64,000 nt of DNA from Candidatus Poribacteria bacterium (GCA_965215265.1 OZ244048.1:2656001-2720000); one strand, 5' to 3'. Positions 48,086 to 58,662 are shown, counted from the stretch's first letter. The notes: a model not told the origin generated them from the sequence alone. Translations and numbers: made by a program.

Positions 48086-48157
48086 CAGGGCGGGTAGGAT
48101 TCGAACCTACGCATGCAGGTTCCAAAGACCTGTGCCTTACCGCTTGGCCACCGCCCT
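48086..48157 (-). tRNA. tRNA-Gln(UUG), CCA not encoded
   Basis: AGGGCGG-TG-GCCAAGCGGTAAGGC-A-CAGGT-CTTTGGA-ACCTG-CATG-CGTAGG-TTCGAAT-CCTAC-CCGCCCT-G cloverleaf. Confidence 0.96.
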
Positions 48158-48243
48158 TTAATCAAATTTGAAGCAGGTGTATATGAGACTGCTAAGACTG
48201 AAACATCAGAACGCTTCCAAACTGCAAACCTATGAACCCTACT

Positions 48244-49149
48244 TTACACAATAGACACACCAACTGGACTTGTTGCTGTTATTGTGCAGAAATGCACTCT
48301 CTTTTTGAAATAGGATTCACGCTGTTGTGCCGCGCCCATATCGCTCATCAGTCCAAACACTGTGCCACCGCTTCCCGACATCAGCGCACCGGAACATCCT
48401 ACCTGTGCGGACAGTTCGTTTTTTAACGTGGCGATTTCGGGATATTTGGAAAACACCGGCACCTCAAGGCGATTGTATAGACGCGCCCCAATGCGACCGC
48501 TTTCACCTTTTTCTAAGTATGTCTTTATAATTATACCCTCTTTTTGCTGCTTTGTCAAGAAAAAATTTGAATTTTTTGTATCGTGATGCAATTTCAGACT
48601 TTTGAAGACTTCTGCAGTAGAAATAGTGATACCCGGATTTAACAGCAGAATCGGCGTATTAGCAAGCGCGGGGAGCGGCGTTAAAATATCGCCGACCCCG
48701 CTGCCCCACGCCGCACCACCATGCAGACAGAACGGCACATCTGCACCCAATTGTACACCGAGACACATCAAAGCATCTTGCGGCATACCTAAACCGAATA
48801 ATTCATTCAGACCTTGAAGCACAGCAGCAGCGTTCGCGCTACCACCTGCAAGCCCCGCCGCTACAGGGATGCTTTTGTGAATCTCAATTGCTATCCCACC
48901 AATTCCACCGACGGCATCGCTAAGAGACTGCACTGCACGATAGGCAAGATTCCGCGAATTACACGGCACTCCCGGATGGTCGCAGTGAACCGTTATTCCG
49001 CTCGAAGCCTGTTTCCGGATGATGACATCGTCGTGCAACCCGATTGAATGAAAAACTGTTTCGAGTTGGTGGTAACCATCGGCGCGCCTCCCTACTACAT
49101 TTAGATAGAGATTAATTTTAGCATGGGCTCGAAGCCGCAAAGTGTTCAT
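48244..49149 (-). CDS. ispE: 4-diphosphocytidyl-2-C-methyl-D-erythritol kinase
   Basis: AKINLYL, DGYH, IPVAAGLAGGSANAAA, LGADVPFC, MSGSG. Confidence 0.96.
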   Translation of the reverse strand: MNTLRLRAHAKINLYLNVVGRRADGYHQLETVFHSIGLHDDVIIRKQASSGITVHCDHPGVPCNSRNLAYRAVQSLSDAVGGIGGIAIEIHKSIPVAAGLAGGSANAAAVLQGLNELFGLGMPQDALMCLGVQLGADVPFCLHGGAAWGSGVGDILTPLPALANTPILLLNPGITISTAEVFKSLKLHHDTKNSNFFLTKQQKEGIIIKTYLEKGESGRIGARLYNRLEVPVFSKYPEIATLKNELSAQVGCSGALMSGSGGTVFGLMSDMGAAQQRESYFKKRVHFCTITATSPVGVSIV

Positions 49150-49161
49150 TATTTTATCACA

Positions 49162-50037
49162 CTACGGGGCATCAGTTTCAGCGTATGTCGACAAATGGAT
49201 AATTTCAACATCGCCTTCCAAGTATCGTGTAGTGTCAAACTTGCTGTCCTTAATGTCAACGTTCAGTTGTACTTTGGCAATTTTCACCTCAACCCGCGTC
49301 TGCTCAAGAGGACGTTCAATCTCAACCGTGTGAGGACGGAGGATGCCGCCAATCTCGCGATAGTCGGAAAAAGCAGCACGTTGATGTAGCCTGCCAACGT
49401 TGTCTTCTATGCGCCATTCCGTTACGTGCGGTTCCCCGTCATGCACAAAGACAGTTATCGTTTCTACATCGCCCTCTTGAACACCCGGGCGCGTGACGAC
49501 GAACTTCGCCCCAGAACTCCCAACCGTCAGTTGATCGGTCCGTTTGTCAAGGAATGGGTTCGCGAAAATGGCGCTCAGCACATCTGAAACGCGAAGATCC
49601 ATGCCGAAAATTTCACGCAAGACACCATCTGATAAATCTCCTACGTATACTTTCTGCTCGTTAATTAATGAGAGGAGGAATTGGTTATTATCTTGGTTGG
49701 CTATTGCAACCCCGCGCGGTTCATTGAACGCGCCTAACGCTTGGATATGGAGCAACTCACCACCGCTATCTGATTTTTTATACCACAGCGATTCGCGAAG
49801 TTCCTCACGCTGCTCCCCTTCTTCAATCGTGACCGTCATCTTTGTAATTTTTAAAGAGCCTGTCAGATTGTATCTCGCTTGCAAGGTGTTGAGAATGGGC
49901 GTTAATTGCTCAATAGGTACGGACGACAATTGGACATTAGCCGTGGTACCCCCACAGCCGATGAACACAACCATTGTCTGAATCAGGAACAGCAGACGCA
50001 AAGGCAACTTCATGAAGCAGTGAGCCATAAAAACCAT
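49162..50037 (-). CDS. Lipoprotein, LolB/DUF4292-like fold
   Basis: Lipobox FIGC; FSDYREIGGILRPHTVEI; occupies the lolB position upstream of ispE. Confidence 0.6.
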   Translation of the reverse strand: MVFMAHCFMKLPLRLLFLIQTMVVFIGCGGTTANVQLSSVPIEQLTPILNTLQARYNLTGSLKITKMTVTIEEGEQREELRESLWYKKSDSGGELLHIQALGAFNEPRGVAIANQDNNQFLLSLINEQKVYVGDLSDGVLREIFGMDLRVSDVLSAIFANPFLDKRTDQLTVGSSGAKFVVTRPGVQEGDVETITVFVHDGEPHVTEWRIEDNVGRLHQRAAFSDYREIGGILRPHTVEIERPLEQTRVEVKIAKVQLNVDIKDSKFDTTRYLEGDVEIIHLSTYAETDAP

Positions 50038-50041
50038 TCTG

Positions 50042-51247
50042 CTACAAAACCTCGCCCATCGATTTCTCTACGATATTAACGGCTTCTTCTACATGCCCGG
50101 TGTTGATATTGAGAGGCGGTAAAAACCGAAGAACGTAATCATTCGTGCATATTGTCACCAAACCGTTTTCAATACACTTTGCAGCAAGCGGTTTGGCATC
50201 AACCTCCATGACGAGCCCGCGCAGCAAACCTTTCCCGCGAACCTCTTTGACTGGATACTTGCCCTTGAGTTCCATCAAACCACCTGCAAGATAGTTCCCC
50301 ATTTTAACAGCATTCACCGCAAGATTCTCTTTTAAAATAGTTTCGACTGTGGCCGCTGCAGCCGCCGTCACCAACGGATTACCCCCAAAGGTAGCAGCGT
50401 GCGTGCCAGGCACAAAACTCTCGGCAATTTTTCTCTTCGCTAACATCGCACCAATTGGCACGCCACTCCCGAGCGCCTTTGCCATGGTGATTACGTCCGG
50501 AATAACCCCATAACTCTCGTATCCAAAGAAGGTACCGAGGCGCCCCATCGCGGTTTGAACCTCGTCGAAAATTAGCAATAGATTATTCCGATCGCATAGT
50601 TCACGCAAACCCTGCAGATACCCGTCACTCGGAACGTTGACACCGCCTTCTGACTGAATCGGTTCAACTAAGATGGCGCACGTCTTTTCACTGAGCACGG
50701 CTTCGGTTGCCGCCAGCTCGTCAAAGGGCACATACTTAAAGCCCTCAAGCATCGGCTCAAACCCTACGTGGTACTTCGTCTGTGCTGTCGCTGTAATTGT
50801 CGCCATCGTTCGCCCATGGAACGAATTCTCCATCGTGATAATTTCATAAGCCGACGTTCTACCGCTGTCTTTAGCATACTTACGCGCTAATTTTATCGCC
50901 GCTTCATTCGCCTCCGCACCACTATTGCAGAAAAAGCACTGGTCCATATCCGAGTTATCAATGAGCATTTTCGCGAGTTCTGCCTGCTGTTGAATGTAGT
51001 AGAGATTGGACGTGTGCAATAGTTTGCCTGACTGTTCGCGGATAGCAGCAACAACGTTAGGATGGCAATGCCCTAAGCCGTTGACAGCGAGCCCACCTAA
51101 GAAATCAAGGTACTTCTTGCCATCCGCATCCCAGAGATAGGGGCCCTCGCCTTTGACGAAGGCAAGATTTCTTTCCCCATACGTGTTGATGATGTACTCC
51201 GTCGCCATCGCTTTAATCTCGGCTGTTGTCATAAATTTTTCCTCCAT
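50042..51247 (-). CDS. argD: Acetylornithine aminotransferase
   Basis: FFCNSGAEANEAAIK, SFHGRT, EPIQSEGG, FDEVQT, MAKALG. Confidence 0.93.
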   Translation of the reverse strand: MEEKFMTTAEIKAMATEYIINTYGERNLAFVKGEGPYLWDADGKKYLDFLGGLAVNGLGHCHPNVVAAIREQSGKLLHTSNLYYIQQQAELAKMLIDNSDMDQCFFCNSGAEANEAAIKLARKYAKDSGRTSAYEIITMENSFHGRTMATITATAQTKYHVGFEPMLEGFKYVPFDELAATEAVLSEKTCAILVEPIQSEGGVNVPSDGYLQGLRELCDRNNLLLIFDEVQTAMGRLGTFFGYESYGVIPDVITMAKALGSGVPIGAMLAKRKIAESFVPGTHAATFGGNPLVTAAAAATVETILKENLAVNAVKMGNYLAGGLMELKGKYPVKEVRGKGLLRGLVMEVDAKPLAAKCIENGLVTICTNDYVLRFLPPLNINTGHVEEAVNIVEKSMGEVL

Positions 51248-51272
51248 CTATGCTATGAATCAATATACGTAA

Positions 51273-52406
51273 TTACCAATTGGTATAGGCACCATCATCG
51301 CGTCTATAGCCTGTCGGGGCACCGTAATCCTGTGTTGATACATTTGCGAATGCTTCTTCGTTGAATTCAATACCGAGCCCTGGGGCTTCGGGAGGCAAGA
51401 GATGTCCAGATTCAAACGGAACCTGCACCGGGAATATATCCGTCAGATCAGACATCGGGGCACGCGGTAATTCTTGGACACCGACCAGGGAAGATGACAA
51501 ACACAGATGCAGACACGCAGCAGCAGAAACCGGACCCAAAGGGTTGTGGGGCGCGAGATGGATGTAGTGCGTTTCACACCAACCAGCGATTTTCTTCGCT
51601 TCTGTCAATCCACCAACTATACATACATCAACGCGACAGTAATCCATCAGTTCTTCTTCAATCACTGGACGGAAGGTCCATTTGCTATCAAATTGCTCAC
51701 CCACAGCCAGCGGGACTCTCGTCTGCTGCCGAAGACGCCTGAGACTGCCTGCATTCTCACTACGGAGCGGATCTTCAATGAAAAACGGATGGTACGCTTC
51801 AACTTTGTTGCAGAATTCAAGGCTGTCTGCAGGATCTAGCCGGGTATGTACGTCAACCAGAATTTCAACATCATCGCCTAACGCAGCACGAACTGCCTGA
51901 ACCTCCTCAATGCCGAACTGCACCGCACGTCTGGGTTCAAACGTACCGCTACCAGTCCGATCTGCCAAGCCCCACCGGACGAATTTCCAACCGGCTTCCT
52001 GGGTGCGACGGCAATTTTCAACCAGTGCATCAAGCGAGCTGCCGCCGTTGTGCGGATAACAGACCACTTTATCACGTGTCCGCCCGCCTAAGAGCTCATA
52101 AACAGGAACATTGAGGGCCTTCCCTTTGATGTCCCATAAGGCAATATCAACGGGACTCACAGCAGCCGATTGGACGACACCCCCCGGAAAAAAGCCGCCA
52201 CGGAACATCACTTGCCACAAGTGCTCAATCCGAAACGGATCTGCGCCGATTAGAAACGGTTCAAACGAACGAACAACCTCTGCCAGCACGACGGAACGCC
52301 GTCTTAATCCACCTTCACCCATGCCGTATATACCAGCATCCGTTTCTATCTTAACAAAAAAATGGCCCGATGCTGACACAAACGATTTTATTTTTGTGAT
52401 TTTCAT
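51273..52406 (-). CDS. Mandelate racemase/enolase superfamily acid-sugar dehydratase (galactonate dehydratase-like)
   Basis: DIALWDIKGK, VDVH, FIEDP, VGEQ, APHNPLGP, PGLGIE. Confidence 0.9.
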   Translation of the reverse strand: MKITKIKSFVSASGHFFVKIETDAGIYGMGEGGLRRRSVVLAEVVRSFEPFLIGADPFRIEHLWQVMFRGGFFPGGVVQSAAVSPVDIALWDIKGKALNVPVYELLGGRTRDKVVCYPHNGGSSLDALVENCRRTQEAGWKFVRWGLADRTGSGTFEPRRAVQFGIEEVQAVRAALGDDVEILVDVHTRLDPADSLEFCNKVEAYHPFFIEDPLRSENAGSLRRLRQQTRVPLAVGEQFDSKWTFRPVIEEELMDYCRVDVCIVGGLTEAKKIAGWCETHYIHLAPHNPLGPVSAAACLHLCLSSSLVGVQELPRAPMSDLTDIFPVQVPFESGHLLPPEAPGLGIEFNEEAFANVSTQDYGAPTGYRRDDGAYTNW

Positions 52407-52537
52407 AAAAATTTCCTTTCAAAACCCTTCCCAGATTTTCCAGAATGATTGTCATTCTCTCAAGAATCAAAACACACCCGTTAATAAGATGCTATAAGCG
52501 CTGCATACGTATTAACCTCATCGCCTTCAAAGTGCGT

Positions 52538-53344
52538 CTACACCGCAGCCAGCCTCGGAACGTTGTCCTGACAGTAAACAGGGCGGAAGAGCGTCTGCCG
52601 TTTGAACGGCATTTCCGATACGTGATCCGGATGCGGTTCCCAGTTGTGCCACTTGTTTCCAACGGTATTGTAGCAGTGAAAGATTGCAACACGGTCGACT
52701 TCATTATCTGTCCACCGGGCACCGGTGTGTGTAATCGCCTCTGTGAAAATCAGCACCGAACCCGGCGGGCACGTATAATCTTCCCACAGCGGGGATTCCC
52801 GAGATGCAGTGGATTTGGGTGCCGGGAACGCCCCTTTATGGCTCCCTGTGAGGAACATAGTGCCCCCACCGCCTTTCTTCACCGGATTGAGCTCCCAGAC
52901 AACACGCGTTAAACCGCTGTGTGCCTGGTCGTGATGCAGATGGTACGTATGCGAATTACCCGGAAAATTAAGCATACCCCGACCACCATGAGGACGGAAA
53001 TTATCGTGCCCGTTTTCGCGAATCGTTAGGAAGGTACCTTCCAGCCGGAAACCGTAGCAGTTTTCATTGGTGTATCCAGATGCCAAAAACTCATTCATAA
53101 AACCGAGAACCACTGGATGATCTGTGAGCGCTTCCAAGGGACCGCCGATGGAGGAACGGTGATATTCCGGAATCATCTCCGGTTCACGTTTGAGTTGATA
53201 ACAGAATTCGCGCATCTCTTCGGTCTCTGTTTCACTCAGAACTCCGGGGATCAGGAGCCATCCACGGGTATCAAACAGATAGCGCTGCTCCTCCGACAGC
53301 GGAATCAATGGTAGATTTTCAGCATTCGTCTTTGGATGTGGCAT
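52538..53344 (-). CDS. Phytanoyl-CoA dioxygenase (PhyH) family protein
   Basis: EQRYLFDTRGWL, PHGG, GSHK, GSVLIFTEAITH. Confidence 0.85.
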   Translation of the reverse strand: MPHPKTNAENLPLIPLSEEQRYLFDTRGWLLIPGVLSETETEEMREFCYQLKREPEMIPEYHRSSIGGPLEALTDHPVVLGFMNEFLASGYTNENCYGFRLEGTFLTIRENGHDNFRPHGGRGMLNFPGNSHTYHLHHDQAHSGLTRVVWELNPVKKGGGGTMFLTGSHKGAFPAPKSTASRESPLWEDYTCPPGSVLIFTEAITHTGARWTDNEVDRVAIFHCYNTVGNKWHNWEPHPDHVSEMPFKRQTLFRPVYCQDNVPRLAAV

Positions 53345-53382
53345 AAATCTCTCCATTATTCGATTTTTCAATTAAAATACAC

Positions 53383-54546
53383 CTACCGGTTGCCGTATAA
53401 ACGTTCCATTTCTTGTGATAACCAGCTTCCGTAATCACGAGGCATCTCTTTAGTGGGACCCAATCCAGCTTCAGAGCGCCACCGGAGTAGAGGATGCTCC
53501 CGATTTTTCTGTGGCAATTCAACTCGGGTTCCATAAACTGCAGATTCAAATACCGCCATGAGAATCTCAATCACGTGCCGGCCTTCTTCGCCGCTGCACT
53601 CATGTGCACGGTTTTCATCCAAGGCATTGACATACTCGTCAACGATGCAGTAATCGTCAGCGTCGGCACCGCTGCTTTCGTCAAAATGTTCCGGATAGAT
53701 AGGCACGAGCTTCTCCCATCTATCATGTATGCCATCCGGCACAAAATGAGGCGTTGGCAACCACCATGCGCCTTTCAGCTCTGACCAGAATAGCCTGCCC
53801 TCAGTGCCGTACAGCTCCATCACGTACGCATCAGTATCTACCTTCGGAAAGCGATGCTGAATCAAACTACCGGTGACGTTGCCGTCAAACTGAAGAGTCG
53901 ATGTCGTATATTCACCTGCAACCGTGCCCATGCCAGCCGGCGATGGAAGTACATCTTCAGGGGTAATAGCACGACCGCCGGTTGTTCCCTGCGTCACAAC
54001 GCTACGACAATGTCCCCCAAAACGGAGCATATTGTTGATAACATGGGTACCGATGTTCATCAATCCGTAACCTGCATAGTACCCCTTGCCGCTGGCATAA
54101 ATGTATCGGAGTTCTCCGATTTTTCCTTCGCTTAAGACCTGTGCCACTGCCTGTATCGTCGGGCTTACTCGCCGTTGGTGATGCACAACGACGCGCGCGT
54201 TTTTCTCCTGCGCCTTCGCGATAACGGCATCCGCTTGAATCAGATCCGTACACAGCGGTTTTTCAATCTCGATGTTTACGCCGTGCTCTAACACGCGCAT
54301 AGCAAGTGGATAGTGTGTGTCCGTTGCTGTTGGAATAGCGACAATATCGGGTGAGGTCTGCCGAATCATCTCATCCAGATCTGTGAAATGTGCGGAGACG
54401 TTCACGCGCTCACCCAGTGCATCCAGTCGCTCTTTGACAAGGTCACATAGCGCGACGAGCTGTGTGCGAGGGTGCGCGTGATACGCCTTAGCAGCCGAGG
54501 TTCCACGGCTTCGGCAGCCCAATATGGCAACACGATAGGTTTTCAT
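53383..54546 (-). CDS. Gfo/Idh/MocA oxidoreductase
   Basis: VAILGC, EKPLC, GTHVIN. Confidence 0.9.
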   Translation of the reverse strand: MKTYRVAILGCRSRGTSAAKAYHAHPRTQLVALCDLVKERLDALGERVNVSAHFTDLDEMIRQTSPDIVAIPTATDTHYPLAMRVLEHGVNIEIEKPLCTDLIQADAVIAKAQEKNARVVVHHQRRVSPTIQAVAQVLSEGKIGELRYIYASGKGYYAGYGLMNIGTHVINNMLRFGGHCRSVVTQGTTGGRAITPEDVLPSPAGMGTVAGEYTTSTLQFDGNVTGSLIQHRFPKVDTDAYVMELYGTEGRLFWSELKGAWWLPTPHFVPDGIHDRWEKLVPIYPEHFDESSGADADDYCIVDEYVNALDENRAHECSGEEGRHVIEILMAVFESAVYGTRVELPQKNREHPLLRWRSEAGLGPTKEMPRDYGSWLSQEMERLYGNR

Positions 54547-54733
54547 AGAGTTATCCAAATTTTAAGTGTTGTTTGATGTTATCTTATCATATTTCGGATA
54601 GAGAATCAACTTTTTTGTGAAATTATTCAATAGAACGAACGCCACCTAAAAAAAATCCGTGTTTTTTCTTGACAGAATTTGACAAAAACGTTATAATACC
54701 TAAAATTGTTAAAGATGGAGCACTGCTTGAAGC

Positions 54734-55336
54734 ATGCCAAAACGGAAAAGAAAAAGTAAAAATACACAACCTGTCGATGCAGCCTTAGCAGATGAACCGT
54801 GTCTACCTGAAACAGTTCCGCTGCAAATGCGTTACTACGGAGACGTAGTTCTCCGCCAGCGTGCCGCCACGGTCGAGCAGATATCAGAAGCAGAACTTCA
54901 ACTGGCGGATGAGATGTTTCAGACGCTATATGCCATTGGGAATGGCATCGGACTCGCTGCCACACAGGTCGGCATTTTGAAACGTTTGATTGTTATAGTT
55001 CTCGGTGAACAGGACGAGGAGAGTCACGAACCGGTCGCACTGTTTAACCCGGAAATTCTCAGCGTGACTGGCGAAGCAGTTGCAGAAGAAGGCTGCTTGA
55101 GCATCCCAGGTGTTACCGCCGATGTAAAACGCCCAGAGCAAATTGTCGTTGAAGCAGTCAATTTAAAGAATAAACAGGTGCGAATTGAAGCAGACGGCCT
55201 GCTCGCACGCGTCCTGCAACACGAAATAGACCATTTGAACGGCGTGCTGTTTATTGACCGGATAAGCGGAGTCAAACGGCAGATGCTCAATCCTGCATTG
55301 CAGCTACTACAACAGGCTGACCGGCCATCGGCTTAA
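54734..55336 (+). CDS. def: Peptide deformylase
   Basis: GIGLAATQVG, EGCLS, QHEIDHLNG. Confidence 0.97.
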   Translation: MPKRKRKSKNTQPVDAALADEPCLPETVPLQMRYYGDVVLRQRAATVEQISEAELQLADEMFQTLYAIGNGIGLAATQVGILKRLIVIVLGEQDEESHEPVALFNPEILSVTGEAVAEEGCLSIPGVTADVKRPEQIVVEAVNLKNKQVRIEADGLLARVLQHEIDHLNGVLFIDRISGVKRQMLNPALQLLQQADRPSA

Positions 55337-55377
55337 GCACCCGCCGACGTTAATAAAAAATACGAGGCTTGAACCAG

Positions 55378-56235
55378 ATGCAAAAAACCGAGTTCGTTCC
55401 GATAGAAGCAAAATCCCTAAACGCCAAACTGAACGCTTTAGATGCCTGTTTGCGTCAGTACCAACGGGTTATCGTGGCGTTCTCTGGCGGTGTCGATAGC
55501 ACGTTTCTCGCTGCGGCAGCACAACGCGCTTTAGGCGAAAATGCACTCGCTGTCACAGCGATTTCCGATTCGTATCCGATCCGGGAAATGCGTGCAGCAC
55601 AAGATATTGCCACACAACTCGCCATACGGTTTGAGACAGTACACACCCAAGAATTAGAATTGGAGGGATACGCCAGCAATCCTACAAACCGATGTTATTT
55701 CTGCAAAACTGAACTGTTTGATAAACTCCGGCCCATCGCGGAAAAATACGATGTCGGCACCATCATTTACGGCGCAATTCCAGATGACATCGGAGACCAT
55801 CGCCCCGGCATGGATGCAGCGAAACGGATGGGCATACATGCCCCATTGATTGATGTCAACCTCACGAAAGCAGAAATTCGTGAAATTTCAAAAATCTGGG
55901 AACTCCCGACATGGGACAAACCCGCTTTCGCTTGCTTGTCTTCTCGTTTTCCATACGGAATGCGAATTACACGCGAATTGCTCCGGCAGGTCGATGCAGC
56001 AGAGCAGTTGCTCTACGAGCTCGGCATACGCCAATTCCGCGTGCGCCACCATGGCGAACTCGCACGAATTGAACTTGAAGCCGAGGAGATTCCGCATCTG
56101 CTTTCTAAAGACGTACGCCGCAAAATTACCACTGACTTTAATAAACTAGGGTATGCCTATGTCACACTTGACTTACAAGGATACCGGTCCGGCAGCCTGA
56201 ACGAAGGAGTTACCAAAATTATCACTGGAAAATAG
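55378..56235 (+). CDS. larE: LarE-family ATP-dependent sulfur transferase
   Basis: AFSGGVDS, RCYFCK, DHRPG, ACLSSRFPYG, RVRHHG, GYRSGSLN. Confidence 0.92.
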   Translation: MQKTEFVPIEAKSLNAKLNALDACLRQYQRVIVAFSGGVDSTFLAAAAQRALGENALAVTAISDSYPIREMRAAQDIATQLAIRFETVHTQELELEGYASNPTNRCYFCKTELFDKLRPIAEKYDVGTIIYGAIPDDIGDHRPGMDAAKRMGIHAPLIDVNLTKAEIREISKIWELPTWDKPAFACLSSRFPYGMRITRELLRQVDAAEQLLYELGIRQFRVRHHGELARIELEAEEIPHLLSKDVRRKITTDFNKLGYAYVTLDLQGYRSGSLNEGVTKIITGK

Positions 56236-56373
56236 AAAGATGTAGGATAGAAAAGGTGTCATAGCCGCACGCGCCGCCTATCCTGGTCACATCATGTCTT
56301 TTGTCGAAACCGTTAAGCTTCTTGTACTCATGATCCAAAACGGCGATAACGGTACCGCCGAATCTCCAACCCA

Positions 56374-56607
56374 GTGCCTTTTTACGGATTATCTACCAGT
56401 GCCGAACTATTACCTAAAAAAGAACCCTTATCAGAATACGAAAAACTTGCCTTCGCTGAGAAAATTAAAACAAAAAAAAAGAATATACAAACAAAAATTT
56501 TGCTGTTCATCGGAAAAAATAGTTTTATCGGCTGGACGATTGTATTGACTTTGCTCACAGTCCTCTTTTTTGTTCTTGCACTGGCAATGCGATTTCGTGC
56601 CCACTAA
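56374..56607 (+). CDS. Small membrane protein or gene remnant
   Basis: C-terminal TM helix; the upstream part of the frame is interrupted by stops. Confidence 0.3.
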   Translation: MPFYGLSTSAELLPKKEPLSEYEKLAFAEKIKTKKKNIQTKILLFIGKNSFIGWTIVLTLLTVLFFVLALAMRFRAH

Positions 56608-56628
56608 CGATATTCAATCAAAGTAGAT

Positions 56629-57954
56629 ATGGCTAATCAACTTACCGGGATCGAGACTTTCAACTGGAAAAAATGGGATGCCTGCACACACTGTGGGCTC
56701 TGCTTGCCCACCTGCCCTACCTATAGAGAATTGGGGTTGGAAACCGATTCGCCGCGCGGCAGGTTATATCTTATGGGCAGCGCGTTTAAAAAGCAAGGCG
56801 CGACACCCCTTAATGAGGAGTGGGGTGAGTACATATACAGATGCTTGGACTGTCGGGCGTGCGAAACAGCATGCCCCTCCGGCGTTCACTTCGGTGAGCT
56901 CCTTGAGGAGGCGCGCAGCATCTATGAAATGAACACACACCGGTCAACCGCTTACCGCTTCTGGACCAACCTCGTCTTTAAGCACATTCTGCCACACAAA
57001 GACCGGTTGGACCTGCTCTTTGAGTTCATGTGGCTCTACCAGCGACTTGGGATTCGTTGGCTCGTTCAAAAAACTGGGATTTTGAAACTGCTCGGGCGGC
57101 TCGCTGCCATGGAATCCATTCTGCCGAAAATCTCTTCACCTCTCCTAAAGTATACGATACGTGAAATCACACCAGCAGATGGCGAAATGCGGTATCGCGT
57201 CGGGTTCATTCCCGGATGCATCATGAACCAAACGTTCACTGAGACAAACCTCGCAACTATGCGCGTCTTAGCACGGAACGGGTGCGAAGTTATAACACCG
57301 CGCACGCAGACATGTTGTGGAGCATTGCACCTTCATAACGGTATTCGAGATGTTGCAACAAGCCTCGCAAAACAGAACATTGACGCATTTGACACCCACA
57401 ATTTAGATGCAATCATTATCAATGCGGCGGGCTGTGGCACGACGCTGAAAGAGTACGCCGTCCTCTTGGAACACGACCCCGATTATGCTGAAAAGGCGCG
57501 ACTATTCAGTAACAAAATGCGCGACATCAGCGAATTCTTAGCCGAGATTGAGATGGTAAAACCCCCAGACGGCGCTTTCAACGGCGGGCTACGCGTCACC
57601 TATGATGAACCATGCCACCTGCTACACGGGCAAGGTGTCGCATTGCAACCACGTAAAGTACTCCAAGCCATACCAGGGCTTGAGCTCGTCCCTTTAACAG
57701 AATCAGATTGGTGCTGTGGCAGTGCAGGTATCTACAATATCACGCAGCCGGAACTCTCACAAGAAATTCTGGTTCGGAAAATGCAGCATATCGCCGAAAC
57801 CGAGGCGGATATTGTCGCAACAGGGAACCCAGGATGCCTATTGCAAATTCAACACGGCATCCGAAACCATGGATTACAGATGAAGGCTATGCACCCTATC
57901 GACTTGCTGGATTGTGCATATCGCGGGATTCACCCTGCAGAAAACAGAGACTAA
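56629..57954 (+). CDS. glcF: Glycolate oxidase iron-sulfur subunit GlcF-like (Fe-S + CCG domains)
   Basis: CTHCGLCLPTCP, SPRGR, CLDCRACETACP, CCGA, CCGSAG. Confidence 0.88.
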   Translation: MANQLTGIETFNWKKWDACTHCGLCLPTCPTYRELGLETDSPRGRLYLMGSAFKKQGATPLNEEWGEYIYRCLDCRACETACPSGVHFGELLEEARSIYEMNTHRSTAYRFWTNLVFKHILPHKDRLDLLFEFMWLYQRLGIRWLVQKTGILKLLGRLAAMESILPKISSPLLKYTIREITPADGEMRYRVGFIPGCIMNQTFTETNLATMRVLARNGCEVITPRTQTCCGALHLHNGIRDVATSLAKQNIDAFDTHNLDAIIINAAGCGTTLKEYAVLLEHDPDYAEKARLFSNKMRDISEFLAEIEMVKPPDGAFNGGLRVTYDEPCHLLHGQGVALQPRKVLQAIPGLELVPLTESDWCCGSAGIYNITQPELSQEILVRKMQHIAETEADIVATGNPGCLLQIQHGIRNHGLQMKAMHPIDLLDCAYRGIHPAENRD

Positions 57955-58000
57955 AAAACATGAACATGACATTTCTAAATTTCTATGGTAAAATAAGCTA

Positions 58001-58579
58001 ATGGTTTTATCAGATAGAGATATACTCCAGCACATAGAGTCGGGAAAAATTAAAATTACGCCAGCACCGCATCTCCAAACCCAGTTAGGCAGTTGCTCTA
58101 TTGACTTTAGGTTGGGCAACACCTTTCGTGTATTTGAACATAGCAAGTATCCCTATATAGATCTGCGCACCCACATCGATGTCGACGACTTGATGCGATG
58201 TGTCGAGGTCGCCAACGGCGACGCATTCACCATGCAGCCCGGTGAATTTGTCCTCGCATCCACACAAGAGAAACTCGAACTTGCATCCGATGTGATGGCA
58301 CGGCTGGAGGGGCGCAGCAGCTTAGGCAGATTAGGCATCATTGTTCACAGTACAGCCGGACTCTTTGATCCCGGCTGGATCGGCACCGCAACTTTGGAAC
58401 TCGGAAACTTGGGTAGGATGCCTGTCAAGTTGTACCCCGGCATGCGGATTTGCGCGTTCACTTTCGAGCAGCTCTCCTCGCCAGCCAACGTGCCGTACCG
58501 TTTCAAACCCGCAAATAAATATGCCGGGCAGAACGGACCCGAAATCAGCCGGGTCGCCAAGGATTTTGAATTTTCATAG
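58001..58579 (+). CDS. dcd: dCTP deaminase
   Basis: LSDRDI, LEGRSSLGRLG, TAGLFDPGW.G..TLEL. Confidence 0.96.
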   Translation: MVLSDRDILQHIESGKIKITPAPHLQTQLGSCSIDFRLGNTFRVFEHSKYPYIDLRTHIDVDDLMRCVEVANGDAFTMQPGEFVLASTQEKLELASDVMARLEGRSSLGRLGIIVHSTAGLFDPGWIGTATLELGNLGRMPVKLYPGMRICAFTFEQLSSPANVPYRFKPANKYAGQNGPEISRVAKDFEFS

Positions 58580-58622
58580 CGTCGCGAACTACGCGCGCAG
58601 AACGCCCTTCTTTACGCATGTA

Positions 58623-58662
58623 TGCTGAAAGATTGGGCAATTTTATGCTTAATAATTTGGCA
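58623..58662 (+). promoter_or_regulatory. Two NtrC-type enhancer sites (TGC-N11-GCA)
   Basis: TGCTGAAAGATTGGGCA (58623-58639) and TGCTTAATAATTTGGCA (58646-58662), ~100 bp upstream of the sigma54 promoter. Confidence 0.65.

Noticed and set aside
55378-57954. larE and glcF without their usual partner genes
   Set aside because: Scattered operons are common, and partners may lie outside the window.
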